Part shown: positions 1 through 9,258 of the stretch, piece after piece
How positions within the stretch are numbered: position 1 is the stretch's first letter
How the letters are laid out: each line of letters begins with the position of its first letter
Virus record (IMG/VR): IMGVR_UViG_3300012232_000033
Location: 1-34,512 of that record
Direction: 5' to 3' (one strand)
Length of the DNA stretch: 34,512 nt
DNA from: a virus
Taxonomy: Duplodnaviria; Caudoviricetes
Program-made: the position numbers and the translations under genes
Notes under the pieces: generated by a model
What the model saw: only the letters and a program-made list of their open reading frames with translations
Database searches by the model: none
What the model was told of the DNA's origin: nothing

Positions 1-2058
1 AAGGGGCGGGGGCGTGACAGGCCCTTGTCCTGTGTTCGCGGGCGGCGTAGGCGCAGCGGGGACGGCGGGCGTTGGAGCGGTCGGAGTATCCCGCGGCTCC
101 GCACTCCCGAGCAAGCCTTGCTCGTTAAGAAATTTCTGGCCGACCTTCTGCGCCTCGAAGCTGTGTCCTACGCCTAGAGGCGTTCTACCCTGCGGCAGCG
201 GTTGTGTGGGCGTGTAATCTTTCGGCACCCCGCCTTCGCTCACCTGCGGTCGGTAGATATGAGATTTTTCCAGAAGCCCGCCGAGGGTGGTTTTTATGCG
301 CTTGGAAAGCTCGGGTGCGAGGCCCTGAAGCCCGTTGCCCCGGAGAATATTGCTCCAGATTTCAGCGCCGATTTCGTCAAGGACTCGCGCGTCGTTGGGC
401 GTGCCGTCCGCATTTAGAAGCGTGCCTTGCGGCTCCAGTTTGGAATACTGCTCCGCGAACCTCGCGCGCTGCTCGGGCGTGAACGCTTTCGAGAGTGCAG
501 CCGTCCAGGCGGCGTCGTTGCCGGTAAGTTTCTGGATTTCTTGGAGGAAATGCCCCGGCTCGTGTAGCAGGGCTGTACCCGTCTGTGCGACTTGGAGGAC
601 GTAGGTAATACTCCCGTCTGCGTTGACGCGCGGTGTGCGGTTGATAACGCCAGCATTCCCACCCTGCACCTTGGGGACAAGGTAGGCTTCGAGGTTGACG
701 TTCTCCCCTGGCGCGACTTCCACGGTGCGGAAGGCCTCCCGTAGGACATTGAAAAGATTAGCTGCTGCGGGGTCCTTTCCCTTGAGCTGTCTAAGGGTCG
801 CACTGTGCTGATCGTCGAGGGCCTTGTCGACACCGTAGGCGGGAGAGTCAGGAACCTTGTCCCGGACAGCGCGTTGCACATCCTCAGCAAAGCGCCCTGG
901 TAGTTCGGTTGTGAGATAGTGCTTTCCGTGCCCTGCGACACCGAGGAGTGCTCCACCGCCCATTGAGCCGGAGAGAATACCGGAAGCGGTCTCCTCGTCG
1001 GGTGCCATGGCTGCGAGCGGAATGGCACCAGCGAGACCGGCCGCGGCCCCTTTGGTGGCGGGAAGTAAAATGTTCTTGGCGACGACCTCGGAGGCTTTTT
1101 CGATGGCCGGAAGTGCGTATCCCGTAAGCTTGGTTCCGACGTACACCCCCGCACCTGCGGCAGCACTGTGCGCCAGTCCGGCAGTAACCGTCGCAGCCGG
1201 TCCAGCCACACGGCGCAAAACCTTCCCGCCGATGCGCGCGCTGCCCTGTGCGATGGGCGCTGCGATGGCGGCAGTCTTTGCGATGGCTTTTCCGGCCAGG
1301 GCTGCGGCCTTGGTGCCCTTCGCGATTTTAAGCGCGGCCGCAGCCGGCACGAAGTTGAAAGGGTCGGCAGGAAAGGAACTGTCTTCGACCACGTCGGGGC
1401 GAACATCCAACTTCCCTTTTCGGTCCCCTACGAGACCTTCCCCTTCACCATGTTTGATTTTTTCGCGTTGCTCAAGTCTTGCGACATCGTCGAATAACCT
1501 GTTTCGCAACTCTTCATCCGACATCTTGTCAACACCGGTCTTCCCAGTAACGAGGCGACGGATTCCCAGCGGGTTTTCACGAAAATTTCGAACTGCGGAG
1601 GGGGCTAGTCCAGCCGTATCAGTAATCGCCAACTCCACGGCAGCGTTGTTCTCTGCATTCGCTCGTTGTTTTATGTCGGGGTCGTTAGAAGTGTAGGCAT
1701 CCTTGGCATTACCAGCGAAGCCTTTTACCCCGCGAACCATGCTCCCGATTGCAGCAGGAATGCCTTCCGCTGCGTCCTTGAGAACCTTGCCCGATAGCAT
1801 CGGTTTGTTCGCCTCATGCTTGTAGGCGGGGAGCAGGGAGTTGATTTCTTCTGGGGAGAGCTCTTGACCGCTCTGCTTCTTGTAGTCGGAAATATACCTC
1901 GGTACTGAAAAGCTGCCCTCGTCAATTTCCTTGGTGAGCTTGTCGGTGTCGTAGTGTTTTACGTCCGCCCATTTGGGCGCGGTCTTGGGCGTCCCATAAT
2001 CAACAGGCTCCCACTTTTCCGAACCTTTCGGCGCGTAATTTACTTCTTCCCAGGGCAT
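1..2058 (-). CDS. Large internal virion/ejection protein, truncated by the window edge, with zincin-like HExxH metallopeptidase motif
   Basis: Not in the ORF track. ATG at 2058, just after the 2062 stop. Read by hand as open to position 1: MPWEEVNYAPKGSEKWEPVDYG..., an Ala/Gly-rich helical stretch, LLHEPGHFL (550-564), DEIGAEIW, then a Pro-rich linker. Third gene of the ejection block. Confidence 0.8.
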   Translation of the reverse strand, partial: MPWEEVNYAPKGSEKWEPVDYGTPKTAPKWADVKHYDTDKLTKEIDEGSFSVPRYISDYKKQSGQELSPEEINSLLPAYKHEANKPMLSGKVLKDAAEGIPAAIGSMVRGVKGFAGNAKDAYTSNDPDIKQRANAENNAAVELAITDTAGLAPSAVRNFRENPLGIRRLVTGKTGVDKMSDEELRNRLFDDVARLEQREKIKHGEGEGLVGDRKGKLDVRPDVVEDSSFPADPFNFVPAAAALKIAKGTKAAALAGKAIAKTAAIAAPIAQGSARIGGKVLRRVAGPAATVTAGLAHSAAAGAGVYVGTKLTGYALPAIEKASEVVAKNILLPATKGAAAGLAGAIPLAAMAPDEETASGILSGSMGGGALLGVAGHGKHYLTTELPGRFAEDVQRAVRDKVPDSPAYGVDKALDDQHSATLRQLKGKDPAAANLFNVLREAFRTVEVAPGENVNLEAYLVPKVQGGNAGVINRTPRVNADGSITYVLQVAQTGTALLHEPGHFLQEIQKLTGNDAAWTAALSKAFTPEQRARFAEQYSKLEPQGTLLNADGTPNDARVLDEIGAEIWSNILRGNGLQGLAPELSKRIKTTLGGLLEKSHIYRPQVSEGGVPKDYTPTQPLPQGRTPLGVGHSFEAQKVGQKFLNEQGLLGSAEPRDTPTAPTPAVPAAPTPPANTGQGPVTPPPL

Positions 2059-2061
2059 TAG

Positions 2062-3411
2062 TTAGCGGCGTAAAGCCCGGATTGTTAGATCGCTGGGCTT
2101 GAATTGCTGCCCTGGGACAAAGGGGGCGTCCATTGGGGCGATAGATGGTATCTGCGCGGGCGGCTGCACTGCGGGCGGGGCTGGAGCGGCAGGTTGCACA
2201 GGTTGTGAAGGCGTTAGCGATTGGCGTTTTTGTTGCCAGAATTTCTCCTCCTCGGGAGACACCGGAGCAACGGTTCCGTCCTGTTGTCGCTTGCCGTGCT
2301 GATTGGTTTCCCGGTCATAGACGAGGCCCTCGGAAGAAAAACCTGACGGAGAAGATCCTGCTGCGGGTGCGGCGGGGGCCGCAGCCCCACCACCAAATCC
2401 ATTTTCCTTCAACCACTTGTCCGGGTCTTTGATACCGCGGTGAATAACATCCATGTAGGCTTTTTCCACCAGGTCCAGATTGTTGCGAAGCGATGCTTCC
2501 GACTGCGTCTGCTTCAAACTTCCGATAACGGACTGGAGAAAGGTTAACTCGCGTTCTGACACCTGACCCAAGGCTCCGCCCGTGGGAGATGCAGCCCTTA
2601 GTTTCTGCAACTCCGTAAACCCAACGCGGCTTCGAATAGTATCTAGTGCGGTATCGAGGTCTTGTGCGTCGCCAGGGAAAACCCGCAGCCACCCACCCCA
2701 TCCCGTGACCGGAAGACCGTCTGCGTTGCCTGCTGTAATCTTTTCCCGCGCCTCTCGGATCTTGTTTAATACGGTCGAGCTTTCAGATTGGAGATTGGCT
2801 TGTGCAGCCCCCGCTTTGGCTTTCGATTCTGCGGCTTCAGCGTTGGCCTTGTCTGCGTATGCCGATTTAGCTGCGTTGAATCCCGGCGTCGTTTGTGAAA
2901 CAACTTCGCCAGTTTTCCTGTTTCTGGTTTTGTGAACCACGGATACTTTTCCGTCTGGCCCGACCACGTCCTCCGTGTAGGTTTCCAGCAGCCTGTCCTG
3001 ATTGGAGGCGTCCCTTATTTCCTTCGCCCGAATCGACATATTTGTGTAATCTATTTTTCCAGTCGTGGGGTCGATGGGCGGGATTTCCCCGAACATCTTA
3101 GTAAAATCCAAAGCAGCCGCTTTGCCCAGTGGATCTCCACCTGTTACTGCGTCTAGGGCGGCGGCAGCATCCGCTTGTCGCTTAAGTGCGGCGACCCGGT
3201 GATCTCTTAGCGGAGCGTCCGAGTCTTCCCGCATCTTCTGGATTTGAAGACTCTGGAGATGATTCGCGACCTGAGCTTGTTGGTCGGCCGCGATGCTTCG
3301 CTCCTGTGCGAGTTTCTGCGCCTGGACTTGCTGCGCCTGAAGGTAAGAAGGGCTCAGTCCCGGAATGTTAATCATCGGGACTGGCGTGGAAGGTTGGAAG
3401 TTTAAAGGCAT
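2062..3411 (-). CDS. Internal virion/DNA ejection protein (P22 gp20/gp16-like)
   Basis: Start moved to ATG 3411 (MPLNFQP), 2 nt after the upstream stop. Q/A-rich helical protein with LDTIRSRVGFTELQKLRAASPTGGALGQVSERELTFLQS, a motif I recognise from podovirus ejection proteins. Confidence 0.75.
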   Translation of the reverse strand: MPLNFQPSTPVPMINIPGLSPSYLQAQQVQAQKLAQERSIAADQQAQVANHLQSLQIQKMREDSDAPLRDHRVAALKRQADAAAALDAVTGGDPLGKAAALDFTKMFGEIPPIDPTTGKIDYTNMSIRAKEIRDASNQDRLLETYTEDVVGPDGKVSVVHKTRNRKTGEVVSQTTPGFNAAKSAYADKANAEAAESKAKAGAAQANLQSESSTVLNKIREAREKITAGNADGLPVTGWGGWLRVFPGDAQDLDTALDTIRSRVGFTELQKLRAASPTGGALGQVSERELTFLQSVIGSLKQTQSEASLRNNLDLVEKAYMDVIHRGIKDPDKWLKENGFGGGAAAPAAPAAGSSPSGFSSEGLVYDRETNQHGKRQQDGTVAPVSPEEEKFWQQKRQSLTPSQPVQPAAPAPPAVQPPAQIPSIAPMDAPFVPGQQFKPSDLTIRALRR

Positions 3412-3413
3412 AG

Positions 3414-4568
3414 TTATCGAGTCCTCGGCGGTAAGTACAGCGGTTGTTGCGAGGTATACGTCGGACTGCCGGTAAACAGTCCTTGCAAAAGCGGACCCCA
3501 GTTGAAGCCTTGTGCTGACGCGGCTGCGCCCCCGCCCGCTGCACCGCCCATACCGCCCCCCATGAATTGGCTGAATCCGCCCATTCCACCCGCACCCCCG
3601 GCTCCAGCAGCTCCAGTAGCCCCGCCTGCGCCCCCCGCCCCAGCCCCCGCACCTGCGGCACCCACCCCCATACCGCCCATTACGCCTCCCGCTAGAATAC
3701 CGGCAGCGTTTAGAGAGTTGGTCAGAAGTTGGCTCCACATCTCGCCCGTTTGAATATCACGCTGCGCGTTGATGCCGGCGATATTCATGTTGGCCTGGTT
3801 CTTCTGGTTGCGATTCGCCTCCATTATGTTGAGGACATCGCTTCCACCAAGACCGGCTTTAGGAGCGTTATTCAAGACGTATTGCTGCCCGGCACCCGCG
3901 AGGTTCGCCTTCGACTGATTAATGGCGTTGAAGGTGTTCGTCAACCCCCCGAGAATACTCAGGCGATTATTGCGGAGAACGTCTACGCCAGATTGCAGGC
4001 TTTGGGCGTCCTGTGCGAGTCCCGACGCCTCCGCACCGCGCGAGGAACGCAATGCCTCAGAGGTTGTCCCGAGGAGCTTTGCGAGATAATTCCCGGTCGG
4101 ACCTTGACGATCTATTCCTGTGCCGGACTGTGCTCCCTGCGCCAAGCCCGCAGACAGGAGTTGATTCTGCATCTCGGGGGAAATATTCCCGCCGAGATCG
4201 AGAACCTCCTTCGACCGACCGATAAGCTGGTCGATGATCGGGTTGACCTTCTGGAGATCCTGCGGAACACCGCCGCGCGCCTCTTCGAAAAGCTTTTCCC
4301 CGAGGATGTCAGCCTTCTGGCCCGGCTCAAGAGTGTCGAGGAAAAGCTGGTTGCTCTGCTCCCGAATTTTGAACAGATCGGGGGCGACATCCTGAAGAAT
4401 CTTTAACCAGTTGGCGTATTGCGCACGGTCATTCGACAACGCTTTGTCTTTGTACGTGCGTACGTCAATGTACTGCAAAGCCTTTAGGGCTTCTTTCAGC
4501 GTTCTTGCGGCCGAGCCCTGGGCATCGTCCATCAAGATCGGTGTTCCGAGACCTGCTAATACTCCCAT
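3414..4568 (-). CDS. Internal virion/pilot (DNA transfer) protein, P22 gp7-like position
   Basis: 384 aa, Q/N/A-rich helices with a Gly/Ala/Met-rich C-terminus; first gene of the ejection block. Confidence 0.7.
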   Translation of the reverse strand: MGVLAGLGTPILMDDAQGSAARTLKEALKALQYIDVRTYKDKALSNDRAQYANWLKILQDVAPDLFKIREQSNQLFLDTLEPGQKADILGEKLFEEARGGVPQDLQKVNPIIDQLIGRSKEVLDLGGNISPEMQNQLLSAGLAQGAQSGTGIDRQGPTGNYLAKLLGTTSEALRSSRGAEASGLAQDAQSLQSGVDVLRNNRLSILGGLTNTFNAINQSKANLAGAGQQYVLNNAPKAGLGGSDVLNIMEANRNQKNQANMNIAGINAQRDIQTGEMWSQLLTNSLNAAGILAGGVMGGMGVGAAGAGAGAGGAGGATGAAGAGGAGGMGGFSQFMGGGMGGAAGGGAAASAQGFNWGPLLQGLFTGSPTYTSQQPLYLPPRTR

Positions 4569-4572
4569 AAAT

Positions 4573-5193
4573 TTATTCTGCTAACGCCTTCCACTCATCC
4601 ATAGATTTACAACCTTTTCTTTGGTTGTCGTCAGCCAGCAAAGGCTGAAGATTGGAAAAATGGAACGCTTGTTTTTGCTGCTTTAAATCCGTCAGATCAA
4701 AATCGCAAATTGGCACGATATGATCTACCACCCAAAAAGTTCCGTGGGTCTCCCAATTCATTTCGGGAGTAAATTGTTTCTCGATGTGCGCGCGTAGTTC
4801 CTCAGAGGAACACCCAATGAGTTCCCCTGTCCTAGTGGTTTTCTCAAGCTTCCTGCGCTTCAGAGCACATATGAGTCGGTTCCGGCAAACTCGGGCAATG
4901 TTGAACTGCGGGTCTTCCTTACGCTTATGGTAGTTCGCGCGTAGCCGGGACAAGTTTCTCTTCGCCCAATCGCGGCTCAACGCACAAGCAAGTTCCCGGT
5001 TTTCCGCATACCATTGCTTGTTGTATGCCCGCGTGTCTTCTTTATTTTCCAGCCGGTATTGCCGGCAATAGGCATTCCGCTTTTCTCGGTTTTTGTCCCG
5101 GTATCGTTTCTGTGTTTGTAGCTGCCGCTCGTATTGGCGAGCCAGCAGCGCAATCGTAATAAGTTTTAACTGGAGGTCTTTATCAACGATCAT
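4573..5193 (-). CDS. Free-standing HNH endonuclease
   Basis: Likely start ATG 5193 (ATGA overlap with the GNAT stop). Basic helical repeats (YRDKNREK/YRLENKED/WYAENRE) followed by WVVDHIVP...FHFSNLQPLLADDNQRKG HNH-type motif. Confidence 0.85.
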   Translation of the reverse strand: MIVDKDLQLKLITIALLARQYERQLQTQKRYRDKNREKRNAYCRQYRLENKEDTRAYNKQWYAENRELACALSRDWAKRNLSRLRANYHKRKEDPQFNIARVCRNRLICALKRRKLEKTTRTGELIGCSSEELRAHIEKQFTPEMNWETHGTFWVVDHIVPICDFDLTDLKQQKQAFHFSNLQPLLADDNQRKGCKSMDEWKALAE

Positions 5194-5621
5194 TTGGTAA
5201 CTACTGTGCTTAGGGGACGGTATCCTTGGAACTGCATCCAGCGTGCGATACGTGGATCTAGGCAGTCCGCAATTAGACGATCTCCCTGCGCCCATTCTTC
5301 AAAATCCTTCACTAATTTTGAGCCAATCCTGGCCCCTGACCGGTGCCGGGGAGACACGAACGCATTGGACAAAAGCGCTCGGCGCTCTCCCGTCATAGGG
5401 TCCACATAGCGAGTTGCCAGTAGGAAACCCACCGGACCACTTTTCCATGCCAAAAGACAAAGGCCGCTCGCGAGGGTCGGGGATATTCGTTTCTCCCATC
5501 CCACCGGATTGAACCGGCCAGGAAGGGTTGTTTCCTGAAACATTTCCTCGATTAGCGGTTTGATTCTCCACAGGTCTTCGGGCCTTAGTTTTAAGATTTC
5601 TATGTTTTCCTGATGGTCCAC
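5190..5621 (-). CDS. GNAT-fold protein
   Basis: AFVSPRHRSGARIGSKLVKDFEEWA resembles GNAT motif A. Lies between tail and ejection genes, as in many podoviruses. Confidence 0.75.
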   Translation of the reverse strand: MDHQENIEILKLRPEDLWRIKPLIEEMFQETTLPGRFNPVGWEKRISPTLASGLCLLAWKSGPVGFLLATRYVDPMTGERRALLSNAFVSPRHRSGARIGSKLVKDFEEWAQGDRLIADCLDPRIARWMQFQGYRPLSTVVTK

Positions 5622-6544
5622 AGAAATAAAGTGGGCTGGGTGTTCTCATGCGCTTCGTCTCCGCCGACTGCGATACATGCGGTAGCGTCCTGGTTGGTGG
5701 GGCTCCCCAAATGATCGTCGTCCACCAAAACTTTCTTACCCGCGCCGGCCCCGGCGTCGTAGCCGAAACCTTTAATCGTGTGACTGTGCTCGGGGATCTC
5801 GTCGATGCTGAGTGTGACGGTCTCAGAGCCGATCATCTCGCCCTGCGCATGTTTTGTAACAGCGCCAGTGACGGAATAATCGCTAGCGGGATTCGATCCC
5901 GAGTTCATCGTGGCCTGGCCTATGATGCGGCCCCGCCATGAACTATTTACACTCTCCCCCGTACCGAGGACTTCCCATCCCGGATTTCTTTCCAGGGCTT
6001 CCTCGGCAGTGCTCCACGTAACGAACTTGACATCCCCGCGGACGCCTGACGTTGTGCGCCAGTCCCCTCGCTCCCACCAAATTTCCGCTTCAATGTCTTC
6101 ATCGTAAAAACGCTGGAAATCGTAGGGCGAGGTCGGACGGTCTTCCGTCTCCCCGCTGGTAATGTGCATGGGCACCCACGCGCTGCTTATAGCGACGTAA
6201 GCATTTGCGAATTTGCCGTCGACGTGCTGGAACCATAGAGGCGGGCTGAAGGTCTCCGGCTCGTCCTCCTGGAACCAAAAAACGTCACTTTCGCTCGCTG
6301 AGAGGTCCAGCGGGATGTAGTCCGCCGCTTCGTCCGACCAGACCCACCATTGCGTTCCGTTCTTAAGCCACGGACCCGAGTTTGACGAGGGCTTGACGCT
6401 GCCGGTTACGAACGTCGCGAAAGGAAAAGGCGACACAATCTTCGTATGTGATAGTATCTCCTCGAAAAATTCCTGCGGAGTGCCTACGAAGTCTCCCGCA
6501 ATCGGCGCGCCTTGGAGGTAAAAAGATGTGTTGTGAACTGACAT
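5600..6544 (-). CDS. Short tail fibre / tail-collar-domain protein
   Basis: C-terminal GSETVTLSIDEIPEHSHT...GGDEAHENTQP is a tail-collar/short-fibre signature. Confidence 0.75.
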   Translation of the reverse strand: MSVHNTSFYLQGAPIAGDFVGTPQEFFEEILSHTKIVSPFPFATFVTGSVKPSSNSGPWLKNGTQWWVWSDEAADYIPLDLSASESDVFWFQEDEPETFSPPLWFQHVDGKFANAYVAISSAWVPMHITSGETEDRPTSPYDFQRFYDEDIEAEIWWERGDWRTTSGVRGDVKFVTWSTAEEALERNPGWEVLGTGESVNSSWRGRIIGQATMNSGSNPASDYSVTGAVTKHAQGEMIGSETVTLSIDEIPEHSHTIKGFGYDAGAGAGKKVLVDDDHLGSPTNQDATACIAVGGDEAHENTQPTLFLWTIRKT

Positions 6545-6546
6545 AG

Positions 6547-9258
6547 TTAGTCGGCTTCCTCAATGATAAGAAACGGCTGGTCAAATCCGTTAAAATGACT
6601 CCTGAAGGTTAAAGTTGCAGCATCACGGGGACCAACCCGAGCCTGAATGGTCTGCGATGATCCACTGCCAATAAAGGTGCCGACACAAACAATCTGGGTG
6701 CCGGACGTTGCTCCCGTAGTTGGAATTCTTGTTACGCTTACTCCGATACAGGTAGAGTCAGCGAACAACTGTGCGATTATGTTCGTCGCTGTTCCAGTGG
6801 CCACATGGGGCACCACCAGCGTAACCTTGACTGTCCGGTTGGGGGCCTTCGTGGTGTAACTCGTGGATACGACTTGCAAACCCGTAGGCGTGGGCGTCGA
6901 GTTGTTAAAGGGAATCTGCGTGCCGGTAGTCGTGCCGGGTGTTAGAATCCCGCTGACCCTTTTAAGCCCTCCGTCATCCAAGTCGGTAGTGCTCTCCCCC
7001 ACTGCGTCGTTTATATCCGAGAGCGTGTCGACGCGAATCCAGGAATTGTTCCGCAGGATAACGTTTGCGATGTTGTCCGCTTCCGTATCGGCGAAGTTGT
7101 CGTAGCCGGCTCGGATTCCCGTATCGCAGTCAAGGATGGCGCACCCCCGCATGGATATGTCCTCACTGGCCCCGAAAATCTCAATGGCTGCGTAACTGGC
7201 GATGTCACCTAGAAGCTTCGCTTGTGATACGAAACAGTTTTCGATCACTGTCCCGAAATCACCCACCGCATGTGAGGTATTGCCGACTCGGAAAATACTC
7301 TTGTGGGTGGCGTCATCGGCCAGAAGAGGCCCGCCGTATCCCTGGCACCCAACGAAATGGGTGTTTATGCTGTTGACTCCGTGAACGTCGAAGCCCGAGA
7401 TTCCATCGTTTACACTGGTGCAGTGCGTGAACAGGGTGTGGTTGGCCTTTTGGCAAAGGAAATTATGCCGGCAGCCCTCTGCTCGACAGTTGATGAATCT
7501 ATTTCGGTCACAGGTGTAGGCCGAGAATCCGTAGCCCTCGCCGCTCCCGATAAAAGCTGCGTTGCTGACCCGACTGTCGACCACTTCGCACTCCAGGCAA
7601 TGAGAAACCCGGATGCCATTTCCTTTCCCGCCCCCGCTGCCGTCGACCTCGCAATCCTCAATACGGCACTTATACCCGTAGCCAATCTGGATGCCGTGCG
7701 TGTTCCGGCTTAACTGCTCCTCGGCGTAGGAGGCGCGGATTCCCTTAAAGGACGACCCTGTGATTGGGGAGAGGAGGGTTATTCCACCGAAAGTTGCTGT
7801 GCTGTAAGAGTCCACGAGCGGGCTATCGAAAGTGACTGTGGCCAAGCCCTTGGCGACGATTTTTTTAATCTCCAGACGCGCGGTATTCTTGTAAGGAGAC
7901 CCGCCACCCGTATGGGCATTGGAGTTGATGGCGTTCTCCGTTTCGTTGGTCGAAACCAAAACTACGTCCCCCACCGCAATCCCGCTCGACAGCAGTTGCG
8001 TTGCGTCTACCGCCACGAGCATGTCCCCTGGAGAAACGTCTGCCTGAAAAGCGGCGTAAGCGGCCAGGGCTACGGTTGTGCCAGTGGTAAGATCAGGAAC
8101 CCAGTCCGAGCCGGGGTAGGTTACGAGAAAATCGAATTCCAGTTCTTCCGCAAAAGTCAACTTGTTTAAGCCGACGTTGATTGATTCAACGTGCAAGACC
8201 TGTTTGGTAAGCGCTTTTCCGAAAAGATCGTTTTGTCCCCGGAGCGTGACGACATCCCCGACGAGGAAGTCGGACGCCTGCATGTTTTCCGGGTTGTCGG
8301 AGAGGATGATGAAATCGTCGCCGGACTCGGCGTCTTCTGCCAGCTTGGCCTTAAGCTTAGGCTCGCCTTCGAACTCGCCGCGCGTTACCTCCGGCTGCTC
8401 ACCGAACATGCGGATTGCGCCGCTCTCTCCGTATACGATTGGAGAGCGGAATTCCACTTCTACATTATGGGCGTAGAGCGTAACGACTTTGTTGATGCGG
8501 ATTGAATCGTCCGGCTTTCGGGCTCTTATGATTACGCGATAGGGCGCGCCGTTAACGCCTGGGTAAGAGGCGCTCAGATCGGCCAGGTTTCCACCCGAAA
8601 GCCGGGTAAAGATTGCGCCGATTACGTCTGACTCGTCATGGTCCCCGCCGCGGAGGTTGTATTCCACGCCGCGGAGGACGCCGTCATAAACTCCAGTGAA
8701 CTCTGCGAGGTTGATTTTCTTCAACTTCGAAGCCTGCGGCCCGGTTACTCCGGTTGGGCTTCCGGCCTCGTAGGTGACGGGGGTCTCGACCGCGAGGATT
8801 TCGTAGCAAGCGTTGGGGAGCGGACATGTCGCTCCTTTTTCCATCGAAGGACTTACCCCGAGGTCGGAGTGCGTTACGCCCTCGTCCAAGGGAATATCAA
8901 TTCCCCAGGCTGCAACTGGACTTTGTTCTAAATGAAAAGCCGCGAGCGTTGCGTCGTTGAAATCTTCACTATCGACCCACTTGCACCCAGCCGGGACTCC
9001 GCCCTCTTTCAGGTCGCGAACGAAAATCCGGTAACGCTTGGTGAGTTCCGTGGTAAAAGTTGACGGAGTGTAATTGATCGTCCGAGCAGGAACAAACTGC
9101 AATGACGCGCAGTTCGTGGTGTCGTCTCCCGTGTCCGAAACCTCGTCCCCCCCGCTGCTGGAAGTGATGCTGTCGACGCCGGTAATAGGTCCGTAGGCGA
9201 CGTAGGCGTCATCGCATCCCTGGCAAGCGGTAATCGGCTGTGTAAAGCTCAAACTCAT
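6547..9258 (-). CDS. Tailspike with right-handed beta-helix (putative depolymerase)
   Basis: 903 aa with parallel beta-helix repeats (HGIQIGYGYKCRIEDCEV, GIRVSHCLECEVVDS, GYGFSAYTC, DVHGVNS) and a C-terminal beta-sandwich; follows the nozzle gene. Confidence 0.8.
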   Translation of the reverse strand: MSLSFTQPITACQGCDDAYVAYGPITGVDSITSSSGGDEVSDTGDDTTNCASLQFVPARTINYTPSTFTTELTKRYRIFVRDLKEGGVPAGCKWVDSEDFNDATLAAFHLEQSPVAAWGIDIPLDEGVTHSDLGVSPSMEKGATCPLPNACYEILAVETPVTYEAGSPTGVTGPQASKLKKINLAEFTGVYDGVLRGVEYNLRGGDHDESDVIGAIFTRLSGGNLADLSASYPGVNGAPYRVIIRARKPDDSIRINKVVTLYAHNVEVEFRSPIVYGESGAIRMFGEQPEVTRGEFEGEPKLKAKLAEDAESGDDFIILSDNPENMQASDFLVGDVVTLRGQNDLFGKALTKQVLHVESINVGLNKLTFAEELEFDFLVTYPGSDWVPDLTTGTTVALAAYAAFQADVSPGDMLVAVDATQLLSSGIAVGDVVLVSTNETENAINSNAHTGGGSPYKNTARLEIKKIVAKGLATVTFDSPLVDSYSTATFGGITLLSPITGSSFKGIRASYAEEQLSRNTHGIQIGYGYKCRIEDCEVDGSGGGKGNGIRVSHCLECEVVDSRVSNAAFIGSGEGYGFSAYTCDRNRFINCRAEGCRHNFLCQKANHTLFTHCTSVNDGISGFDVHGVNSINTHFVGCQGYGGPLLADDATHKSIFRVGNTSHAVGDFGTVIENCFVSQAKLLGDIASYAAIEIFGASEDISMRGCAILDCDTGIRAGYDNFADTEADNIANVILRNNSWIRVDTLSDINDAVGESTTDLDDGGLKRVSGILTPGTTTGTQIPFNNSTPTPTGLQVVSTSYTTKAPNRTVKVTLVVPHVATGTATNIIAQLFADSTCIGVSVTRIPTTGATSGTQIVCVGTFIGSGSSQTIQARVGPRDAATLTFRSHFNGFDQPFLIIEEAD

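Noticed and set aside
414-1406. 330-aa minus-strand ORF in the track
   Set aside because: Pro/Arg/Ser-rich off-frame shadow of the real ORF that starts at 2058 and runs off the window.
3412-3738. N-terminal extensions given by the track (also 5194-5295, 21915-21968, 28221-28307, 28922-28984 and 31188-31232)
   Set aside because: They overlap upstream genes; downstream starts coupled to the upstream stop codons fit better.
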